A stretch of DNA of 64,000 nt from an uncultured Gemmatimonadales bacterium (GTDB lineage: Bacteria > Gemmatimonadota > Gemmatimonadetes > Gemmatimonadales > GWC2-71-9): contig CAWGED010000019.1 of the NCBI GenBank assembly GCA_963821525.1, forward strand, positions 608,001 through 672,000. The letters are read 5' to 3'. Below the pieces are notes generated by a model. It was not told where the DNA came from. It searched no databases and saw only the letters and a program-made list of their open reading frames with translations. Shown here piece after piece: positions 57,767 through 64,000 of the stretch. Position 1 is the stretch's first letter. Each line of letters starts with the position of its first letter. A program made the position numbers and the translations under genes.

Positions 57767-58405
57767 ACAAGGCTTGGTTAGTGATCGCAATAGCCCTGAC
57801 GATGGCCTGCGCCGGCGCTTCCCACGCCCAGAGCGGCGAAATGAGCGTCGCCGGGGGCGACCTTCCCCCACCCGGCTACGGCACTCTGAGCCAGGACGAC
57901 ATCTCGATCCGCTTCAACGCGGGAGACATCGATATCCGCATGGTGCCGCTGGACCAGCGGGTGATGCGGCTGCTGGGCCCCGACGTCTACGCCTCGCTCA
58001 ACAAGCTCACGATAGACCGCGACGCTTCGATCGATTCTGTGGCCGCGCTGGGCGGAGCCTCGGATCCTGGATTGATGCTGGTGAGTTTCTTCGGACGACG
58101 GGACGGAGTGCGCTTCGAGCCACTCAACGTCTTCCTGGTAATCCGCAATCAGACTTACCCAGCCGATCGGCATGGTCCCCTTCACCGCCAGCATCACCAA
58201 CCGGCAGCTCGACACCCGGCAACAGGCCTCTGCGATCATGGTTTACAACACGCCGATTCCGGTTTACGAAAGCTTCGGCGTCGCCTACGGCGTCATCGTG
58301 GTGCCAGGCGCCTGGAGCAACCAGCTCTCCAAGGTGCAACGGGAACGCACTCGCGTCATGACAAAGGTGAGGCAGGGACAGGTGGATAGCGCGAAGGCGC
58401 CGTGA
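57763..58405 (+). CDS. Secreted hypothetical protein (frameshift near 58160)
   Basis: Signal peptide and [12 protein letters not shown]; continues in ORF 58172..58405. Confidence 0.65.
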
Positions 58406-58406
58406 G

Positions 58407-58630
58407 GAAAGCGGGGAACGGGAACAGGGAACGGGGGGGAAAGGTTACGAGCTACACCAGCACCTCATCCCGAGAGCCTGCCCCGAGCGCAGCGAGGGGA
58501 GCGTAGCGACGAGGGACCTACTAACCGAGCCATTGCGCATTGGCCAGGACAGTAGGTCCCTCGCTGCGCTCGGGATGAGGTGCTCCTAATACTTGTCCGG
58601 TCTCCCTTTTCCCCCTCAGTCCTCGGTCCT
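58407..58630. repeat. REP-like palindrome (58460-58583) with nested short unit, flanked by heptamer arrays
   Basis: gcacctcatcccgag...gagggacctact / agtaggtccctcgctgcgctcgggatgaggtgc, with outer arms identical to the 20226 element. Confidence 0.85.
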
Positions 58631-58631
58631 T

Positions 58632-59607
58632 TCAACTTCTCGCTGAGGTTCCCCACCACCTCTCCACTCCCTCGAACGTCCTCCCCGCCACCAGCATCGC
58701 CGTCGACAGCACGTCCGCCTCGATTCCGCTGCGAGCCTCGACACTCACCTGCACCATGCGATCCGCGGGATAACCGGTCGCAGGATCCATCACGTGGCCG
58801 CGGACTACGGCACCGTAGCGAATCACCGACATCGTGTTGGCGCTGGTCGCGAGCGCGCGGTCCCGCAGGACACCGGCGGGCCGGGAAGCCCCTGAGCCGG
58901 TCGGATCGGCCAGATCCACCCGCCAGCCTTCCTGACCCGGCGGCGCGCCCAACGCGATGCAATCACCGCTCACATCGATGAAGGCTCGCTCGACTCCGCG
59001 GGCCCGTAGCACACTCGCCGCCCGGTCCAGACCATAGCCCACTCCGATCCCGCCGAGGTCGAGCTGAGTCACGGCGGAGGGAAGTGTCACTCGGTCTCCA
59101 TCGATCAGCATCACACTGGCTCGTACCGCCTTCTCCGCTTCCCGGAGCTCCATCGCGCCGGGCGGCGCTTTCCTCGGCTCACGGAAACCCCAGACCCGCA
59201 TCAACGGCTCGACTCGCGATATTGAATGCCCCGCCCGTCGAGCGTCGAGCACGAGCCGCGGCGCTGAGCACCTCGAGCAGGTCCCCATCCACCTTCATCG
59301 CCGACTTCCCGGCGTGACGGTTCATCTCGGAGAGGTCGCTCGCGTCATCGAACCGGGAGAGCCGGCCTTCGACGCGACGCAGCTCCGCCAGGGCCAGAGC
59401 GGCGGCTTCAAGGCCGGCAGCCTCGGACTCGTGGAAGAGCATCAGGTGAACCGGCTGTCCCATGGCCCAGGACCAGCGTTCTACCAGGCGGGAAGGCGGG
59501 GAGGCGGGAAGGCGGGAAGAAGCGCTCATCAGACCGGCCGACCGACCGCCTGACTGACCGACCGCCATCACCGCCCCCAGCATCGACACGAAGTCCCGGC
59601 GGTTCAC
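58632..59607 (-). CDS. apbE: FAD:protein FMN transferase with Tat-like signal (frameshift near 59215)
   Basis: MNRRDFV, AMG, LSRFDDASDLS, LDLGGIGVGY, ATS, HVMDPATG and ADVLSTA. Confidence 0.9.
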
Positions 59608-60110
59608 TTCTGTTCCACCAGGTGGAGTTCGGTGAGAATCAGCCAGCTCTGCAGGTAGAAGGTGATCGCCATGGCCGTGCTGGAGAGCTCCAGCAGCCAG
59701 CTGAACCGCGGATCAACGTAGCGTACCAGCCAAAGCGAGCTGAACGACACCAGCAGGGCCACGAATGGCTCGACGATCAGAAAGCGCCTCAAACGGGGCG
59801 AGAGCCGGGAGCAGAGAGCTACTCCCAGGCCCGAGAACGCAAAAATCACCGCCATGCTCAGAATGTGCGTGTGGGTCAACGTGAGCATCTCGGCGTACGA
59901 CTTGGCAAACTGCATCGCCCCTTCGGCCGCGGTACTGTCGGACCCGCGGTACCGGTCGCTGATCCCCGAGGGCGCCATGTGGGTCGTGTGCAGGACGAAA
60001 AGCAGGGCCGTGGTGTAGCCCACCACCTGAACGATGGTGAGCCACCGGGCCACGCTGCGGAATGGCGGTGGGACATCGCGCCAGAGATACTCGATGTTCC
60101 TGGAATTCAT
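59604..60110 (-). CDS. 4TM membrane protein with HTH (HxH) motif, function unknown
   Basis: LTHTHILSMAVIF and four hydrophobic helices. Overlaps both neighbours. Confidence 0.75.
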   Translation of the reverse strand: MNSRNIEYLWRDVPPPFRSVARWLTIVQVVGYTTALLFVLHTTHMAPSGISDRYRGSDSTAAEGAMQFAKSYAEMLTLTHTHILSMAVIFAFSGLGVALCSRLSPRLRRFLIVEPFVALLVSFSSLWLVRYVDPRFSWLLELSSTAMAITFYLQSWLILTELHLVEQK

Positions 60111-60589
60111 TGGAGTTTGCCCGCCGCGTGCCACGCGGTGAGATCGGCGACCGCCTTGCGGACGGCCAGGGTGACGGAATTCACGCTGATCGTTGCTCCC
60201 GAGATGGACCGAATGTCCTTCCCGACTTCCATGGGATCCTGCGCCGTCTTCCCCCGGAATTGCTTGCGCCACGAGTCGTACGCCACCTCGCCGCCGTAGG
60301 GCTCGCGGTAGACCAGGATATCAACGTCCTTCAGGTGATCACCCGGATCCACCGCGACCAGAAACGTGATGGGCTGGTCCTTCCCCTTCACATTCCGCAC
60401 GACGGCATACCCCAGCAACGAATCGGCCCGCTCGACCCGAAGCACCGGCGCATCATCCACCTTGACGGTGTCGGCGCGGGCTCCATCCCCGAACACCCGG
60501 GCGAGACTCGCCTGGAGCTTCTTGGCGGGGGCGTCCTGAGCGGTGAGAGGTGAGAAGTGAGACGTGAGAAGGACAAGACTCACCGCCAC
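60107..60589 (-). CDS. Secreted FMN-binding domain protein (flavinylation substrate)
   Basis: DIRSISGATIS fits the [ST]GA[ST] flavinylation motif; YREPYGGEV...QFRGK. Confidence 0.9.
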   Translation of the reverse strand: MAVSLVLLTSHFSPLTAQDAPAKKLQASLARVFGDGARADTVKVDDAPVLRVERADSLLGYAVVRNVKGKDQPITFLVAVDPGDHLKDVDILVYREPYGGEVAYDSWRKQFRGKTAQDPMEVGKDIRSISGATISVNSVTLAVRKAVADLTAWHAAGKLQ

Positions 60590-60682
60590 GAATCGGCGCG
60601 CATAGAAGGCGATTCACGGGTTACTCGTCATTGGCGATTCCTCGTGTTTCCTCTCACCTCTCACGCTCTCACGTCTCACGTC
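60543..60682. repeat. Inverted heptamer arrays (GTGAGA.)n / (TCTCACG)n; the left array lies within the signal peptide
   Basis: gtgagaggtgagaagtgagacgtgagaag and tctcacctctcacgctctcacgtctcacgtc. Confidence 0.75.
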
Positions 60683-61808
60683 AAAACTGGTATCCAACCC
60701 CCAGCGCCAACACCTCGTTCTCCCCTGCTCCGGCCTGATTGTCGCGTAGCTGGTAGTCGGCCTTGAAGGCAACATTCCAGAGCGGCTTGTACGTCAGGCC
60801 AAAGGTGGTGATCCGGCGAGCAAGCGTGGCATCGTCCGGCGTGCCGGCAGCTGCCTTGGCCTGGGTATCGTAGTGATCGTACCGCACAAACGCGTTGAGG
60901 CGCTGGCTCGATTTGGGAGCGAGGAGCCCGAGCAGATTGTATCCGCCCTCGACGTAGCCACCGGCGATCCGTCGGCCGACGCCCTGTCCGTAGACCGCGT
61001 TGATCTTGTCGGCGTCGTAGACCTCGATGGTGCCTCCCACCGCGCGCAGCATGAAGGGCCCGTTGTCCCAGCGGGCGTCACCCATCAGCACCAGAACGGG
61101 AGCGTCGAATGCGCCGGTGCCGAGTCCGGGAACCTGGTTGGCCGTGCCACCATACCAGAACGAACCGCCGACCTTGAGACCCGCCTGGGCATACTCCACC
61201 CGTCCGGTGAACGAAGGATTGGCGAAGCTCGCCTCTTTCCCCTCCTGGCGTCCCTCACGAATGCCTTGTTCCGCCGTGAACCCCTCGGCCTTGAGCCCAT
61301 TCACCAGGAAGACCCGGTAACTGAGCCCGTTGACTCCCGGAATCTGGCCGACGGCGCCGACGCCGATGTCACGCCAAGTGGTGGGAATGACATCGTTGTC
61401 GAAGTCGGGCCGCTCGACTCCATTGAAGCTGGGTGGCTCGTGGGTCTCGTTGATGATGCCGATCGGCGGAAGCAGGAGTCCGGTCCGCAGCGTGAATGCG
61501 TTGGAGAAACGGTAATCCAGATACGCCTGCTCGAGTGCAACCTCGCCGCCCGATTCTCCGCCTTCGATCTTGGTGTCCTCCAACTCCAGCTCGGAGTGCA
61601 GGGTGATCCGCTCGTTGAACGCGTAGCCGGCGTAGATCACGAATCGCTTCACGTTCACCAAGCCGGGTGTGTCGGGCCCGGTGGAGTTGGAGTAGTGGAC
61701 CTCCCCGTACCCGCCGATGGTGAGTTTGCCGGCTTCGTCCTGCGCGGAGAGCTGGGCAACGGGGAGTAGACACAGGCCAACCGCCCCGATGCGGACAATC
61801 AAGTTCAT
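60681..61808 (-). CDS. Outer membrane porin (OprO/P-like beta barrel)
   Basis: Signal LSA-Q, IGGYGEVHY, RFVIYAGYAF, EQAYLDY and terminal GYQF. Confidence 0.85.
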   Translation of the reverse strand: MNLIVRIGAVGLCLLPVAQLSAQDEAGKLTIGGYGEVHYSNSTGPDTPGLVNVKRFVIYAGYAFNERITLHSELELEDTKIEGGESGGEVALEQAYLDYRFSNAFTLRTGLLLPPIGIINETHEPPSFNGVERPDFDNDVIPTTWRDIGVGAVGQIPGVNGLSYRVFLVNGLKAEGFTAEQGIREGRQEGKEASFANPSFTGRVEYAQAGLKVGGSFWYGGTANQVPGLGTGAFDAPVLVLMGDARWDNGPFMLRAVGGTIEVYDADKINAVYGQGVGRRIAGGYVEGGYNLLGLLAPKSSQRLNAFVRYDHYDTQAKAAAGTPDDATLARRITTFGLTYKPLWNVAFKADYQLRDNQAGAGENEVLALGVGYQF

Positions 61809-61831
61809 GAGTGACAAGGGGAAAGATTAGT

Positions 61832-61846
61832 TGAGAATGATTATCA
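61832..61846. promoter_or_regulatory. Fur-box-like 7-1-7 inverted repeat
   Basis: TGAGAAT-G-ATTATCA has one mismatch to TGATAAT-N-ATTATCA. It sits in an AT-rich patch about 24 nt upstream of the porin ATG. Confidence 0.8.
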
Positions 61847-61970
61847 GATAGAACTCTGACTAGTTTAGTCCCCTTTTGCGAGTTCGTCAACCAGATTTCC
61901 CCTTAGTACCACGGTTCACGTTTCCTCGGACAGGCCGAACCGCTAGACTCTGTTGAATCCCGGAGGATGT

Positions 61971-62822
61971 ATGGCCTACCTGCCCCTGCGCGGAGTCGAA
62001 CTCGCGGCCCCCGCCGCCCGCGTGTACGACGAATGGCTTGCCGCACTCGACGCCGATCTGTCTGCGCCCGGCGCCGACTGGTACCGGATCGCTCGGGACG
62101 TGCTGTTCGAGATCTGGTATCCCGGCCATTCGGACTACGACGGCATGGTCGCCGATGCGAAGCTCCCTGCAGCGAGCCGCATCGCGCTGCTCGGCCTGGA
62201 TCCGCACAACATCACGCTCGAGCCCGAGTACTACGGCGATGTTGACGCGCCGCGCTTTGCCCGGGTGAAACCGCTGCTTTGGCTTTGGTACTCCTTCGAT
62301 CGCTCTCCGCTGGGAGGACAGCACGTCTATCTCGGCCTCCGGTTCCGCCGCCTCCTGGCGCCTCGGATTTTTGCCCGCTGCGGAGAGAACTTCAAATGCT
62401 TCCAGCACGTCGAGTTCTCCTATGGATACAGCCTGGAGGTGGGGGACAACGTGGTGGTTCACCGTCACGTGCTGCTGGACGACCGCGGTGGGCTCACCCT
62501 GGGCAACCGGGTCAGCATCTCGGATTACGCCAACATCTACAGTCACACCCACAGCATCGTGGAGCAGCGCGAAGTGACTAACGCCCCCACCGTGATCGAG
62601 GACGACGTGCGCATCACCTACCACGCCACGGTGCTGGCGGGAGTCCGGGTGAAGGCCAACGCCATGGTGGGCGCCATGGCCCTCGCCACCAAGGACGTCA
62701 GGTCCTATCACGTGAACGTCGGGATTCCCGCCAAATCGGTTCGGGTCAAGCCGAATGCACCACCAGAGGCGTATGTGACCGAACGGGTTGGGGGCCGGCA
62801 TCCCGGGGAGCCACCTCGCTGA
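61971..62822 (+). CDS. Hexapeptide-repeat (left-handed beta-helix) acyltransferase
   Basis: [25 protein letters not shown] and GIPAK. GGAGG RBS. Confidence 0.87.
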   Translation: MAYLPLRGVELAAPAARVYDEWLAALDADLSAPGADWYRIARDVLFEIWYPGHSDYDGMVADAKLPAASRIALLGLDPHNITLEPEYYGDVDAPRFARVKPLLWLWYSFDRSPLGGQHVYLGLRFRRLLAPRIFARCGENFKCFQHVEFSYGYSLEVGDNVVVHRHVLLDDRGGLTLGNRVSISDYANIYSHTHSIVEQREVTNAPTVIEDDVRITYHATVLAGVRVKANAMVGAMALATKDVRSYHVNVGIPAKSVRVKPNAPPEAYVTERVGGRHPGEPPR

Positions 62823-64000
62823 CCGCGGGCATTCTCGCTCTTCTGCTCCTGGTCGTCGCACTGGGACTCGCCGTTTCCCTGGTGCGATCGCGCCGGCGTT
62901 CCTTGGCACTGGAGCAGGACCGGAGCCAGCTCGCCCTCCAGCTCGACCGCCGCATCAACGAGATCTTCTCGCTTCAGGAATTGAGCTACGTGCTGGCCGA
63001 GTCGCTCCAGCTCGAGCGAGTGGCCGAGCAGGTGGTGCGCTACACCATGCGGTTCCTCCAGGCCGACGGTGCCATCGTGATCCTGGCGGCGGAGGATGGC
63101 AGCAGCCTGATGGTGGCCGGCGCCGAGGGTTCGTTATCCGCTCTCAGTGGCCAACGACTCGCCGCCGATGACGCGACACTGGTGATGCGGGCGCTGCAGA
63201 ACGAGCGGATCGAAGTCGAGCAGGATGTCTCGGGAGAGGGTGTCCTCCTGATCGGCGATGCCAGGGCCCAAATCGCCGCGGCCGCTCCGCTCCGCGCCCA
63301 TGGATTTGCGATGGGCGCTCTCGCGGTGGCGGGCCACCGTTCGGGCAGCTTCGGCCCCGAGGATCTCTGGCTCCTGTCTACTGTGGCGACGCATGTCGCC
63401 GTGGTGATGGCCAACAGCCGGCTCTTCGAAATGGTGCGGCAGGCGAAAGAGGAGTGGGAAACCGCGTTCAACTCACTCGCCGAAGGCATCGCCGTGGTTG
63501 ATGAGAAGGGCCGGATCAGTCGCGCCAATCGTGCCTTCGCGCGGATGCTCGATTCCCCTCTCCCTACCCTGATCGGCCGGAACTTCTGGCCGACCGTGGT
63601 CGGAGACAGCGAAGGGCCCGGCGATCTCTTCGCCGCCGCGAGCCGGGGAGAACGACCCTCGCCGGTCATGGTCCGGAGCGAGGTGCTCCACCGGATGCTG
63701 CGACTCACCGCGGCTCCACTTTCCGAGCCGCTGGACGGCACGGCGACCGTCATCCTCATCGAGGATGTGACGGAGCAACGGGCGCTCGAGGCCCAGCTCA
63801 TTCAGAACGAAAAGCTGGCGGCGGTGGGGCAGCTGGTCTCCGGCGTCGCCCACGAGCTCAACAACCCGCTCACCTCGATCGCGGGACTGTCGGAGTTCCT
63901 GCTCGAGCGAAAAGATCTCCGGGCGAGCGACCGGGAGCACCTGCGGGTGGTGCACGAGCAGGCCGCGCGTGCCGGACTCATCGTACAGAATCTGCTGACC
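62819..64000 (+). CDS. Sensor histidine kinase (TM-GAF-PAS-HisKA), truncated by window end; start uncertain
   Basis: Frame 2 translation gives [45 protein letters not shown] and H-box [21 protein letters not shown]. Confidence 0.9.
   Translation, partial: MTAGILALLLLVVALGLAVSLVRSRRRSLALEQDRSQLALQLDRRINEIFSLQELSYVLAESLQLERVAEQVVRYTMRFLQADGAIVILAAEDGSSLMVAGAEGSLSALSGQRLAADDATLVMRALQNERIEVEQDVSGEGVLLIGDARAQIAAAAPLRAHGFAMGALAVAGHRSGSFGPEDLWLLSTVATHVAVVMANSRLFEMVRQAKEEWETAFNSLAEGIAVVDEKGRISRANRAFARMLDSPLPTLIGRNFWPTVVGDSEGPGDLFAAASRGERPSPVMVRSEVLHRMLRLTAAPLSEPLDGTATVILIEDVTEQRALEAQLIQNEKLAAVGQLVSGVAHELNNPLTSIAGLSEFLLERKDLRASDREHLRVVHEQAARAGLIVQNLLT

Overview
GC-rich bacterial window. Gene content (expanded Hanks-type kinases, Ig-like lipoproteins, Omp85 and porin genes) suggests Gemmatimonadota, but that assignment is inference. 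Many single-base frameshifts, including in dnaK and zwf, point to an error-prone long-read assembly rather than pseudogenes. From left to right it holds: (1) a tandem array of four Ser/Thr kinase-TM-TolB/PD40 beta-propeller genes with a PP2C phosphatase, a Thr/Ser dehydratase and a 23-codon kinase 5' remnant; (2) an Ig-like lipoprotein, dnaK and a degP-like protease; (3) a four-gene operon of ECF sigma, CBM48 anti-sigma candidate, periplasmic protein and barrel-CBM48 protein; (4) two kinase-TPR genes bracketing small accessory enzymes; (5) a glk-gnd-zwf-tal-rpiA-pgl operon and an Omp85-family protein with a kinase-like N-terminus; (6) tRNA-Leu(TAG), whose 3' half is duplicated 2.1 kb downstream around a subtilase; (7) tig-clpP-clpX-yihA; (8) a porin / FMN-binding protein / 4TM HxH protein / ApbE operon preceded by a Fur-box-like motif; (9) an acyltransferase and a truncated histidine kinase. 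Intergenic DNA repeatedly carries inverted heptamer tandem arrays, with a different unit at most loci, often around REP-like palindromes. The best candidates for undescribed systems are the ECF-CBM48 alpha-glucan signalling operon, the iron-regulated flavinylation operon, and the constant-N/variable-C receptor kinase array.
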